From Octopus sinensis (Eukaryota): a stretch of DNA of 64,000 nucleotides. Made by a program: the position numbers and the translations under genes. Location: positions 68,448,001 to 68,512,000 of the forward strand of contig NC_043007.1 in NCBI RefSeq assembly GCF_006345805.1, given 5' to 3'. Positions 27,990-43,757 of the stretch are shown one piece after another. The notes below the pieces were generated by a model. It was given only the letters and a program-made list of their open reading frames with translations. It was not told where the DNA came from and searched no databases. Within the stretch, counting starts at the first letter, position 1. Each line of letters begins with the position of its first letter.

Positions 27990-28835
27990 GGAGATGCCAG
28001 TATTATCACCTTTTCAACGGTCATTCTTATGCGACTGGCTTTTGATGAAGAAGGGAGGTGACAGTGATATCCTCTTTTGAGTTTCATGCCGTGATGCAGG
28101 TTCATCTCAGTCCTTTGACTGCAGGAGGTCAAGTTGTTTCTTGAAGACACCTATTCTTATTCCCTTTAGACCCCTCAGATGTTTTCGCTCGGTATTAAAC
28201 AACCCGAAGCTCATGACGTACATGACCCTCACTCTAGACAGGATAGCTGATACATTTGGAACAATGTAGTGACATCCAGTTGGGGAGCTGATTTATCTCG
28301 CGACGCCAAAGTTTGGTGCCATCTCCTCCAAGATCTTTCATATGTATATCACTGCACATCCCTCCCGTCTTATCTCTTGGGAGTAGAGACGCCACTCTTT
28401 CTGTCACTCGCAGTAGCTCAGCTGTTGCATTGATTCAATCTTCCTGGTGTAAAATCACTGAACCAGCTTTTAGCTCCTCTATTAATTTCACAAAAGGGTG
28501 TGAAATTAGTCACATCTGAGAGCTGTAGCTCAGACTGCTGAGGACGAATATTCGCCATAAAACCAACTTAGTATTTTTGTTCCTTGTTCTGAAAGTTATC
28601 TGAATTCATCCGGCCATTCGCCAGCACATTACCACCATCTTATTGATATGCATGTGTAACGAGGCACCGTTACTCATATCAATCCCCAGATCATGCACTG
28701 TACTTGGCTCTGGGATTACCAAACCTTTATATACAAAGTATCATTGTTGTGGCATATGAGCACGAGCTAGCTGATAGCAGAGGGTTTGGAATTACCCAGA
28801 ATTAAATTGCATGTTGTTTTCTTCAGCCCATTTAT
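27990..28835 (-). mobile_element. CR1/L2-group LINE 3' remnant (post-RT region)
   Basis: YKWAEENNMQFNSG, DLGID, ITFRTRNKNTKLVLWRIFVLSSLSYSSQM on the minus strand. Confidence 0.7.
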
Positions 28836-28887
28836 ACACATACATATATAGACGATACACACACATATTCATACATACATACATACA

Positions 28888-28921
<34 letters not shown>

Positions 28922-29244
28922 CATACATACATACATACATAAATACATGCATACATACAAACACACACATATATAAATATAAACATAATATAACATATAT
29001 GTGTGTGTGTTTGTATTATTTATACACATCTATGTGTATCCCTAAATCACTTGCATGGTTGAATGTTGTGTGTTCTTTGGTGCTCGGGGCAAGACTTTCA
29101 GAACATCTAGAGTGAACACGGTACAGCCAAACTATAGAAGGGACCGAAAATCCGATGCTACATGGTATAAAATGAAACTGGCTTCCACTATCTACAACAT
29201 CACCCTACGTTTACGGTTTTAAACTTGTAGCAATATGATATGTT

Positions 29245-29294
<50 letters not shown>

Positions 29295-29519
29295 TTATCA
29301 TAGCCATCGTCCTCCCCACTGTCAGCATCATCATTGTCATCGACATCACTATCAAATGCATTACAGCGTTTTCTTTTTTCCTGTTTCTTCTTTTGTTTTG
29401 TATATATTTTTGATGAGGAGCTATAAACAGAAAAAAAATTTCATTGCCTTTCTGTTTTAGATTTGTGGTTCGATGAATATATTTCGTATATAAAACATCA
29501 CATACACATATTTTATATT

Positions 29520-29554
<35 letters not shown>

Positions 29555-30662
29555 CGTTTATACACACACATATATGTACATTTATGTAAGTATACATATA
29601 TATGTATATATATATATATATGTATATACATATATATACATATATATACATACACACACACACATAGATATATATATATATTCGCAAACATATAGATATT
29701 TAAGTTTATCTATATAAATGTATGTAAATATTATATATATATATATGTATATGTATATGTATATATGCAATCATAAATACACACACACACGTACACACAC
29801 ACACACATACACACACACACACACACACAACACACATATATATATATATGCATGTTCATTGCTTATGTATATGCATATATTTGTGTGTGTGTATACATAA
29901 GTATGTATCGGTTTGTGTGTGCCTGTGTGTAGTATATTTGCTTTCTTTCGTGGTTTTATCTCTATACAATATAGCATGAAAACGGAGCGCTAAAGAATAA
30001 CAAAATGAAAATTGAAAATTAAACAACACTTCAACACTACCAAGAAGAGCAGAATAAACAATAACATTACAAAATAACAAGGAAACAATATGTGTTTACA
30101 TGATTCTGTGTGTGTGTGTGTATGTAATTTCTTTCTTTTGGCTGATTTAATCTGTCACGACAGTCGTGAAACAGGCCGGAAACTGTCTTTTGGCATACAA
30201 TCGTTTTTAGATAAAAGACATCATTAGTATTAACTGAAAAATCTTTAACGGTAAATAACATTAGAATTATCTTAATATTTCCTTTGTTTTAACTTTTAAC
30301 TCTAAATACTTACATGAGAGAAACCAAAAGAAAATTGCTTCTTATTTTGGAACTAATTCAAACAAAATGTTCAGAGTTCTTGAGACATGAGATTAAACTG
30401 ATGGTGTTAAACACGACATCATAGAGTTATTTGTAAATTTGTAGATTTTCAATTTTATCTTTCTTTTGGTTGTAAAGTCATAAGGCTCTCTGTGATACTG
30501 CAGAGCATCATATATACACATATGTGGATGTGTGTGTATGTGCTTGTGTGTGTATTTGTGTTTGTGTCTGTACATGTTCATGTAGCCATATATCTATATA
30601 TCTATATATCTATATATGTATATTATTATCTCTCTCTCTATATATATATATGTATGTATATA

Positions 30663-30694
<32 letters not shown>

Positions 30695-30788
30695 ATATAT
30701 ATATGTGTGTGTGTGGTGTGTGTGTTGTGTGTGTGTGTTACATAATGGAAACAAAATTAGAGTGTGCAGGCGTTATATTAAATAAGTG

Positions 30789-30857
<69 letters not shown>

Positions 30858-30903
30858 TATATATAATATATATATACAGAGAGAGAGAGAGAGAACGAAA
30901 GAC

Positions 30904-30956
<53 letters not shown>

Positions 30957-31182
30957 CGGACAAAGAAATGCAACTAATGGAAAATACACAAATTGAACGT
31001 CACAAAATCCTAAACATATATGTAAGGGAAATTGACTGAGAGCAAAAAAAAAAAATAAGCAATGTGAAATTATATGAAATTTTGCAGAAAAATACATTAG
31101 ATTTCGAGTTTTGCTTTACGCAAATAACGTACTGAGTCTATCGACAGTGGACACTAGCCCAGCTCTCATCCAAGCTCTGATT

Positions 31183-31570
31183 ATCATCATCATCATGAAT
31201 ATATATATCCCCATCCATTCATCATGAAGATCATCGTCATCGTCACCCCCACCACCACTACCATCATCATAATCATCATCATAGCCATTATGATAATTGT
31301 AATCAGCATCCTCATTGTTGTCGTCGAGCGCCTTCTCCCTTCTGTCTTTTTATTTCCTCCATCTCTTCCTCCTCCCCCTCCTCCTCCTCTTCTTCTTCTT
31401 CTTCTTCTTCTTCTTCTTCTTCTTCTCAGCAGCACCACTACCTCCACCGCCTTTGCGGACGCCACCATCACCACCACCATCTTTGTCGTCGCCATCGTCA
31501 TCGTCGTCATCGTCATCGTCGTCGTCATCGTTGTCGTCTTCATCATCATCATCATCATTATCATCATCAG
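31183..31570. repeat. Mosaic trinucleotide repeat (CAT/CAC/CTT/CCT/CGT)
   Basis: Direct observation; yields homopolymer ORFs in several frames. Confidence 0.9.
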
Positions 31571-32139
31571 CCTTCCTTCCTTCCTTTTTTCCCCACCTTC
31601 TTTTGCTTCCTATTTCATCTTCCTCCCACTCATTTCTCAGTCTTACCATTCCACAGTAAGCCTCGTCACCATATTTCTCTGCTCCAACATTTTAGCATAC
31701 CAATACCTGTCATAAATATATGCTCAGTGCACGGGGAAGACATATTCGCGAGCATTTGAGACCTAGTCAATAGGTTCTATGCTACACTATGATGTAATGT
31801 TGACTGGCTGTCCACAAATATTCTATTTTGAAACTTTTCAGTTACTTTTTGTTTAGCACAAACAACTGTACACTATCCTTGTCAACACTGGAACGTATGA
31901 CACTTAAATTTAAAAATCAATCCGTTATAAGTCCAGAAATTAGAAATGGTTTAATATGCATTGAAATGGAAATTAAATAATGATAATTTCAGATCCGAGT
32001 CTAATGCCATGTTGCCTTTGTTTATAACTCTGCGGTCTTCTCTTTAAGTATTCTGTCCTTGTACCTGATGTTACGATAAAATTAAAGTTTCCATGCAAAC
32101 AATACTGGTACCCTTTTATTTCTTTAAGCAAAATATGAA

Positions 32140-32370
32140 TAAGGAATTCAAGTTTTGGCACATGCTGGCAATTTTAAGGGAAAGAGGCAGTCGATTACAT
32201 CAAGTCCAGTGCTTGTCTGTTATATAGTTCTAATACTATCGACCCCAAAATTATGAAATACAAAGTCGACCTCGGCCGGATTTGAGCTCAGAACCTACAG
32301 ACCGAAGAAATACCGATAAACATTTTATTCTAGCTGTCTGGCGTGCTAACGATTCTGCCAGCTCTCCGCC
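32140..32370 (-). mobile_element. SINE family B, diverged
   Basis: CAAAGTCGACCTCGG..ATTTGAGCTCAGAAC..CTGCCAGCTCTCCGCC. Confidence 0.75.
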
Positions 32371-32439
32371 ATAGCAACAACAACAACAGTAATAATTCTA
32401 AGAGTATTATAATCTGATAGAGTACTAACTATAGAAATG

Positions 32440-32825
32440 TAAACATAAATTGAGGAGTACATCAGAAGGGCGAGGAAGCTAATGAAGACAAAAGCTAAAT
32501 GGTCCGAATCAAGTGAATGCTGTAAATACTTGGGCAGTAGCATTGCGTAGATATTTAGTAGCCTTTGTAGATTGAACAAAAACTGAATTAGCAAAGCTAG
32601 ATAGAAGTAGGCAGGAATTCAATGTCAATGGAGGACCGCGACCAAGAGCATGAATAGCAAGATTATACATACATAGAAAGGAAGGTGGAAGGGGGCTAAT
32701 ATCAATAGAAGTTTGCATGGAGTTTGTTAGAGTACATATAGACTCGTATGAAGGTGATAGTGAAGAAGGCTATCAAGAGCTGCTAGAGTAACAGCAATAC
32801 GTAGGGAAACCAAGAAACCAGACGA
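32440..32825 (+). mobile_element. R4/Dong-like LINE fragment (RT C-terminal region)
   Basis: ARLYIHRKEGGRGLISIE motif, characteristic of R2/R4/NeSL-group RTs. Confidence 0.7.
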
Positions 32826-32829
32826 AGTT

Positions 32830-33763
32830 ATTTTGTTCTTGTGCTTTAAAGCCTATAATGTACCTCTTAGTTTAAAATCAGTGCATAGTTAGCATACCCT
32901 ACAGCATTATTTTTCCTTTAACTAATACTGGGTATCAGTGATTATAGACACAAGCTAATTAAGTAAATAAACAATATTTAGTTTTAAATGCTTGAATTAT
33001 TACATATTTTCTATAAATCTTTTCTATTGAAGTTACTAAGTTGTATATATACTTCATCATGATTTTGGTGATTAAGTTATTTTATATCCTTTTCTATGGT
33101 TATTCTACCCTACCTCATCATTTTAATGCTTTATAATTGCCTTTAGACAACCTTAAATATTTGCACGCCTATAAATCTATACTTATCTTATAAAAAATCA
33201 ATATGAATATCTTCACAACTTAAAATTAAACAGCTTAGATTGCAATTTAACTAATTTATAGTAAATTTGTTCTCTCACCTCAATGATAACTCTTCCTGAT
33301 AACCTTATATTTTAACTTTATACAATATATGACATATTGTTTAAAATAGTTTTAGTAACTAAATTTTTTATCCTTTTCTTAAAGTGATCCGCCCTCTTAA
33401 TTTTGTATTTATATTGGCTTTATACAAACAGCCCTTCTAATTAAGTACCCCTAAGAAATTGTAATATCAGTTATAATAAATAACTTTTTAAATCTATATT
33501 ATACCTCTTAATTTAATATTAGTATGTAATTAGTAGGTCCTTTTAACAACAATTATTCTTTTAACCAATACCGGGTTTCAGTCTTGATTAAAATAAGCTA
33601 AATAAATTAATTAACAATTTTTAGTTCATAATACTTAAATTATTATACATTTTCTATATATATTTGCTATTGAATTTATATTTTCTTATGGTATTTAGTG
33701 ATTAGGCTGTTTTTATTCCTATTCTATTATGCTCTACCCTAACTGATCATTTTATTATTATTA

Positions 33764-33836
<73 letters not shown>

Positions 33837-35010
33837 TTATAGTAACCTTAAATAATTCTAATCTTTGTACCCCTATTAATTCGTACTCAGCTTATATAAG
33901 GCAATACCGGTATCTCGACAACTTAAAATAGTTCAATTTAATTAAATCAGCATATAGTTAACATGTTCTTTAACCTCAGTTGCTACCCTATTAAATATCA
34001 GTTAAATCCAATTGATCAATCTCCATAGAAGCCATATAATAAGTTAATATTTAGATGAGTAATAAATAAATAAATATTAAACTATTCCTTTGCAATTTTC
34101 TTTTCCTCCCTCTATTGTGGTAAAAATTTGGTATATGCTCATGATATTCAAATAAGTTTTATCATTTCGTTAAAATTTTATTATTAATAATCTTCTTGAT
34201 TATCCTAAATTTTAACTTTATACAATAAGACAATATTGTTTGAAATGATCTTTAAAAATCACTTGATTTATCACTATCTTAAATGGCTCTACCCTCCTGA
34301 TCTTAAAATTTATAAGGGTTCTTTATATAAATAACCCTTCTAAACAAGTGCCACTAAGAAACTATAAATATCATCTAGGGAATAACAATAATAACTTCTT
34401 AAACCTATAATATAACCCTTAGTTTTTAAAAAAAGATTAGTGTAAAATATGATTGTTCCATAACTTAAATATTACTTTAGCTGATACCAGATTTCCCCTG
34501 TTTCATTATCAATGGTCTGCTAGTGGGCGACCAATTAATTGTCAGCTAACATCTAGTTTTAAGGTTTCCCTTACCAAACCTCATGATATTGCTTCTGATA
34601 AATCTTGATTTTTATGACTATACCAATTATGATGTATGTCTGCTCCTCAGCCCTACCCCTAAGAGATACTGCCCTCTGTTCTCTCAGCCTTAGATATACA
34701 AGGGATTTGATAAACTAGTCTATAAATTAATAGTCTGTAACAATGTATATTTTCTTGAAAACTTAGTAACTTCTATGCTGGAGTGAGACAGCATGTTCTT
34801 TGTCTATCTCCTTAATTACTTCGAGATTTTATGTATAATTATAGTAATGTGTCCATCTGTTCTAATTTAATTAGATTCTATGTCTTTGTGCAGCTGAAGA
34901 TAACTCTGCATTTTATATTGATGTAATGATTGAATTGTTCAATTAAATGGAGTTGCATGAAACGATTGTACTGCATTACCTCTGGATATCCTTGTTGCTT
35001 ATTTTGATTA
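32830..35010 (+). mobile_element. Long AT-rich element with internal diverged duplication, ending in a hammerhead then (TA)n; probable PLE tail
   Basis: Blocks ~33090-33580 and ~33720-34500 share collinear motifs (CTACCCTA..TCATTTT; TTTAACTTTATACAATA; CCCTTCTAA); HHR at 34888-34976. Confidence 0.5.
34888..34976 (+). ncRNA. Type I hammerhead ribozyme motif with long stem II
   Basis: Stem I GTGCAG/CTGCAT; core CTGAAGA (34894-34900); stem II includes AACTC/GAGTT; GAAAC-GATT-GTA (34959-34970). Confidence 0.7.
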
Positions 35011-35099
35011 TATATATATATACATAAGGAAAAGATCGTTAATTTAAAATAAACCAAAGAACCATCAAGTGGTCAGCATAGAAAACATAACCTTCAAAG

Positions 35100-35262
35100 G
35101 TAATAATTATTAAAATTATAAATTAGGGTGTCTACGGGATACCACCATGCTGAAAATAGCAGCCATGAACCGACTCTAAAACCACCTTAAGATTCATATA
35201 GCAACATAGAATACATGTAAGTATTCGTATGTTGTATTTATATATATATATATATATTATAT

Positions 35263-35306
<44 letters not shown>

Positions 35307-35536
35307 TTTATGTTTCTTTCTGAGTATATTCTAACGACGAGACAAAGCATTTCTAAATGCAAAGTCAGAAATCCGGGATCTAGAATTATCCAGTAATTTT
35401 TTACTAGTTTCATCTTCTCTCTTTGTCTTTTCTCCATGTTGCTCTATGAAAACTTAAGGTGGTTTTAGAATCGGTTCATGGCTGCTATTTTCAGCATGGT
35501 GCTATCTTGTAGATACACTAATTTATAATTTTAATA

Positions 35537-35540
<4 letters not shown>
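35100..35540. repeat. ~105 bp inverted repeat (35105-35210 / 35433-35538) enclosing (TA)n and a decayed hammerhead (35329-35385)
   Basis: CCATGCTGAAAATAGCAGCCATGAACCGA is the reverse complement of TCGGTTCATGGCTGCTATTTTCAGCATGG. Confidence 0.85.
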
Positions 35541-35573
<33 letters not shown>

Positions 35574-36247
35574 GCTAGTGAATTTGAAGAGATTTGTAAT
35601 TAGGTGTAAATAGAAAGAATGAACAGCACGACCAATGACATTATTAATCTACTGGTAGTCGCACCCTTTGAAATTTTGACCTGTGGAGAAACCTGAAAAA
35701 AGAATATCGAATCAGTGTCTGGAAAATGAGAATTACAAGAAATCTCATAATAAATGCATTAACGGACTCTTGACCAATACTGTGGTTTGTATTGCCATGG
35801 AAACGTGTATTTATCATTAATTTAAGTTTTTGGAGTAAAAGATTTCAGACAAAATTCAGAGAATAATTACGAAATCCTATCCATTTCAATCTTTCTTTTT
35901 TCTCACTTTCTCTCTTGACGATCGGTGTAAAATTGTTGCACATTTGTCAGCATGAAACAAAATAAACGACACATAATATTTCCTCATAAATATTACAAAA
36001 AAACTTATCTAGCCTTTAACTACTGTAAATCTGTGTAATTAGAGTAGGCATAAATTTTTAATCAAGTGTCGTATCTTCACTTTTTACACAGGTGCGAGAA
36101 ATTATTGAATTTTGCCAGTGTATTGCTTTTAATGATTAGTTTTCAGACGTGGAAATGGCTTTCGGGGGTGACTTTTAGCTGCGTTGTATACATACATACA
36201 TACATACACACAGACACACAGATATATGTTTATATGCGTATGTATGT

Positions 36248-36323
<76 letters not shown>

Positions 36324-36399
36324 ATATGCATGTGTATATATACATATAATGTATATACACAATATATATATATATATATATATATATTACATATATATA

Positions 36400-36800
36400 T
36401 TCTTTTCTACTCGAGGCACAAGGCCCAAAATTTTTGTGGAGAGGGCCAGTCAATTACATCGACCCCAGTACGCAAGTGGTACTGAATTTATAGGCCCCGA
36501 AAGGATGAAAGACAAAGTTGACCTCAGAGAAATTTGAACTGAGATCGTAAAGATAGACGAAATACCTATTTCTTTACTACCCACAAGGGCCTAAACACAG
36601 AGGGGACAAACAAGGACAGACTGACGTATTAAGTCGATTACATCGACCCCAGTGCGTAATTGGTACTTATTTAATCGATCCCAAAAGGATGAAGGGCAAA
36701 GTCGACCTCGGCGGAATTTGAACTCAGAACATAACGGCAGACCAAATACCGCTAAGCATTTCGTACGGCGTGCTAAACATTTCTGCGAGTTCACCGCCTT
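36400..36800 (-). mobile_element. Two tandem SINE family B copies
   Basis: Two GATTACATCGACCCCAGT..AAAGT(T/C)GACCTC..ATTTGAACT blocks. Confidence 0.85.
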
Positions 36801-38327
36801 TATTACATATGTTATATCTCTATATATATTACATATATTATATACATATTTTGTATATATATTACATATATGTTATATATATTACATAAATTATATGTTA
36901 TATATATTACATATATATATTATATATATACATTATATATGTATATATTACGTATATTATATATACATTATATATAGAGTACATATATTATATATATATA
37001 TTACATATATTATGTGTTATATTACATATATATAAATACATATTACATTTTATATTTAGTATTATAAGTAACGCCACCAATCAAGTTTAGATCTAAATAT
37101 TATTATTATTTTATTTTAAAAGCAAGATAATATTTATCAATGATAGAAGAACGCAATACGAATTTCATAGATTTGGTCCCATGCAACAATAATTTTTATC
37201 ATAAAAGTTGTAAGGTAAAATATCATTTAAATAAATATAAGCAGAACAGAAAATTGGATTTAAGTATAATTAACTTATTTATTTTTAAAAACAAATTATA
37301 TTTTAATTAAGCTTAATTGATTGAGTGCAATTCGAGGAATTTCATGGTATCAATCATGCAAAGAAATCCAAACGATATAAGTTATGAGTGTTTCTTTTTA
37401 AAATTTGATGGTCATTCTCTTTTATATATAAAGTTCTATATGTGGACTTTTAATATATGTCATCAACATCATTGAGTTAAAGAAAAAATTATCAACGACA
37501 CCGTTAATTGACACATTTGACACTATAAATTAGCATAATAGCATGTAAAAATCTTAGATTACTTGGGAAAATGCGAGCGAGAGAAGTAATATTCTTAAGA
37601 TTATATACCTGGAAAAGTACAGGAAAATTTATTACACATCGAAAAGTTCAAGACAACATATAACATCTGGTATAGTACAGAACAAGAACATCTTTACTTG
37701 TCCTGTATTTTCCAGGTTAATAATCTTAAGAATATTATTTCGATTGCTCGCATTTTTCCATGTAATATATATATATGAGCATACTGATGTCATGTTGCTT
37801 TCACCACATAGGATAGGAGATATGTATATGATTTCATTTGCCACGAGCCGTATCAAACTGTTATTCAATAATATCTCTCTTTTAAAGAAGCCACATATTC
37901 TCAGTTACACAAACACACATACACATACACATAATGTATAGGAGCTCGTTATATATACATGTGTGTACATATGCGTGGGAGCATATGTCTTAAAGGGTGT
38001 ATGTTAATCTATTTATATTAATATTTTTACATATTCCTCATTATCTCTTTGTTGTTCAAAACAAATCCTCTGCTGAGGTATGGAAACGTGTATGGACGTA
38101 GAAATACTGTTTTGTTCTTTTACACACGCACACACATACACACACTTATATATATTATCAAACTACACATAAACGATATATGAGGAAGTACATGAGGGAA
38201 AGTAATTTTGTTTGCCTTACAGCCAAGAACACGCACTATTTTTCAATGCAGACCCATCTGCTAAGGCACACACACAGGCACACATCTTTCACACATATAA
38301 ATGTATTGAATATATATATGCATATAT

Positions 38328-38388
<61 letters not shown>

Positions 38389-38418
38389 TATATATATGCA
38401 TATATATACATATATGTA

Positions 38419-39015
<597 letters not shown>

Positions 39016-39034
39016 ATTGACTTATATATATATA

Positions 39035-39525
39035 TATATAGAGATACACATCGTCACGCCTCCCTCATAAACCCACTCCACCATACACATTTCAATCCCA
39101 CCTTCCCTATTCTTCCCATCACACCCCATCCTTTACACCCCCTCTTACATACTACACCTCTAACCCCACTCTCGCCTCCCCAATTCCCAACACAATCACA
39201 CCACTATACCATACACCACCATACAACTCAACACATCACATCCCATCACACAAATACGCACACACTAGCACTGACCACTTCCCAGCCTCACATCTTCACA
39301 CCTACACACACGCACACATCAAGGTCACCAGCTCTCTTCCACACGCACATACTCTCTTATACACACGCATGCGTACCTTCGTTTTGAGATCACCACTACT
39401 TTATTATCTCCCCTTCTTCGTAGCCCTCCTGTGTGACACTTCTGTCCGGCATTCGCCATGATAGATCTCTAGCCACTACACATTCTTTATTTTCTCTCCT
39501 TGTTTTTTCTGTGTTCCTTTCTGTA
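39035..39525 (+). mobile_element. PLE 3' region (C-rich tail) related to 57330-58158, truncated at the hammerhead
   Basis: C/A-rich tract then TTTATTTTCTCTCCTTGTTTTTTCTGTGTTCCTTTCTGT running into (TA)n, as at 26811-26858. Confidence 0.65.
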
Positions 39526-39699
39526 TATATATATATTGTGTAAGCAGAGTTAGCGGTTATAATAACCGACCAAGGGATAAAATATCCGTATGTACTATCG
39601 GTATCTCTTACCAGTGTTATCCACCAGAATTGATATGAGGGCACACTATGCACGTAGAGTGCAGGTAACAATAGGATACACAAGAGTTTATAAGGAAAC

Positions 39700-40419
39700 A
39701 AATACAAATAATCACAAAATGGGGAAAACCTCAGGTTAAAAAACACATCGATTCGACCATATTTATAACACATTTTTTAATACAAAGCATGACATAAATA
39801 ATTTGTGACGTAACAAATCTTACGGCTGCGTCCGATTCGTTACCTAACACTATCTATAAATAATTGTGAAAATAGAATGCTTCATCTTCATAGAACATTC
39901 GGATTAAGGTACGGAGCTTTATCAGAGTAAAGAACAAGGGAATCCAATATAAACAATGGGAAGAAGGAAGGGGAAAGAAAACATGTCTTAGAAAATAAGT
40001 CTAGAAGCCCATTGTATTAAATGCATATAATATAGCTAATATATTAAAGGCATATAATCAATCATCTTGAACCTCGTACCTCCTAGATGATGGATTAAAT
40101 GCACTAAATATGTTAGATTCTAGACTTATTTTCAAGGCCACGTTTCCTTCCTTTTCTTTCTTCCCTTTGTTTATATTGAACGCTCTTGCTTTTTACTCTT
40201 ATGAAGCACCGTGCCTTAATTCGAATGTCCTATGTAGGTGATGAATTTTATTTTCGCATTTACTTATAAACAGCGTTTCGCAATGGATCGGAAATGGCCG
40301 TAAGATTTGTTACGTCATCTATTTGTTATGTCATACTGTGTATTAAAAAATAAGATATAAATGTGGTCCAATCGAGGTAATTTTAATCTGAACTTTTCTC
40401 CATTTTCAAATTATTTGTA

Positions 40420-40420
<1 letters not shown>
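39700..40420. repeat. ~320 bp diverged inverted repeat (39700-40025 / 40098-40420)
   Basis: GACGTAACAAATCTTACGGC vs GCCGTAAGATTTGTTACGTC; AAAATAAGTCTAGAA vs TTCTAGACTTATTTT. Confidence 0.85.
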
Positions 40421-42050
<1,630 letters not shown>

Positions 42051-42141
42051 ATATTTTTTGAAGTAGGACGTATGTACAATACATAAAACTTCAGTTTTGA
42101 AAAAGTTCATAGCAACGACAAGAACAACAACACTAATGATG

Positions 42142-42211
<70 letters not shown>

Positions 42212-42875
42212 ATATACAATCTAAACCAAGTTTAGTCTTTAGTGTCTACTGCAGTACTTTATTTTATTGACACCGAAATACGAAAAGCTAAAGTTCACGT
42301 CAACGGGATTTGAGCCAAGAACCATTACTCAGTATAACAACTATCACAGTTATTTTCACTTATTACTTTTCAAATCAGCTCTTTCCTCACTCTCTGAAAA
42401 TCACTCTAAACATTGAAAATATTAATAAAATGGAATTTGGGTATATAAAAATAGATATAGATGCGCTATGGCCATTGGGGAGATAGAGTGTGTGTATAAG
42501 AGAGAGAGACCGAGAGATAGAGGAAGAGTAAGAGAGAAGAAGAGAGAGTGGGATGGAGGATAGAAAGAGAAAGAGAGAATCCCTATATTCAGAGCAAGCC
42601 AACTAACTGAATCCAGCTGCATTAAATATACTATTCACATGAACCCAGCCTCGCAAACTATCAAAACATTCGCCATTTACTATGTTTTGACATTTTTTGG
42701 AACAGCGGTGTTTATTTTTCATTGTAGTCATGGAAGATTATTTCAGTGATAAATCTTTATGCCTGGAACGCTACACTGAAAGACAATGCACGTGATTCTT
42801 GCATTGTTGGTTTGGCCGGATGTTGATGCAGCTGATATTCAGTCTGAGCAAATACCATAAAATATCAGTATAAAA

Positions 42876-43030
42876 GGCGGCGGCGAACTGACAAAGTCAT
42901 TAGCACGCCGGACAAAATGCTTAGCGGCATTTCGTCCGTTTTCATATTTTGAGTACAATTTCCGCCGGGGTCGACATTGCTATTCATTCTTTCGGTGTCG
43001 TGAAAATAAGTACCAGTTAAAAACGAGGGT
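42876..43030 (+). mobile_element. SINE family B, partial
   Basis: GGCGGCGGCGAACTGAC..TTCCGCCGGGGTCGAC..AAATAAGTACCAG. Confidence 0.8.
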
Positions 43031-43726
43031 CGAATTTCAGTCACAATTTTTTCAGCCAGAAACATCACCCTGAGAGACAATGCACATGATATTTGCATTG
43101 TTGGTTTGGCCAGATGCTAATGCAGCTGATATCTACATATAAGGTATCTCTCTTTCTCCTTTTTCTCTCTCACTCACAAACTCTCTTTCTCTCTCTAATC
43201 ACCATAGCACATCTATGTCCATCTCTATATACGACAGATTCCATTGTATTAATATTTATTAAAACTGCTGGCCTTGTGCCATAATTTGAAACGAATATCT
43301 GCAGAAAAGATGCTAGCAAACACCTAGAGATCACGTTTCAATGCTTTTTGTCGATTGGTGCTTCACTGAAGCTCCCTGAACCAGGCCGTGGTGTAAGATG
43401 TGTTAGTCCTATTTCTCAAATTCCTTAGCATTTACTTGGCAGTGACTTAATTGAAGCCTTCGAGTTCCCAGTTGTTTGCTAAGTGTTATATCCGATCAGA
43501 GATCAATCTCTTGTGATTTTGTATTAGTTTGTAATTTCGACGACACGAAGATTTTTAACAGAAGTCTTTGTTAAATCATTGCATTCCCCAAGAGAATATC
43601 AGAGTAAACAATAAATTCAGGGATTTAATGCAATATCTCCATCCATATCCCACCGAAGCTCCATTCTTCTTTCATTCTCACTTCCCTGCAAACCACCATC
43701 ACTGACTTCCTTCCCACTGTGTCTTT

Positions 43727-43757
<31 letters not shown>

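Noticed and set aside
31193-31715. Overlapping homopolymer ORFs (poly-D/K/S/I/M)
   Set aside because: Trinucleotide mosaic open in several frames on both strands; no flanking coding signal.
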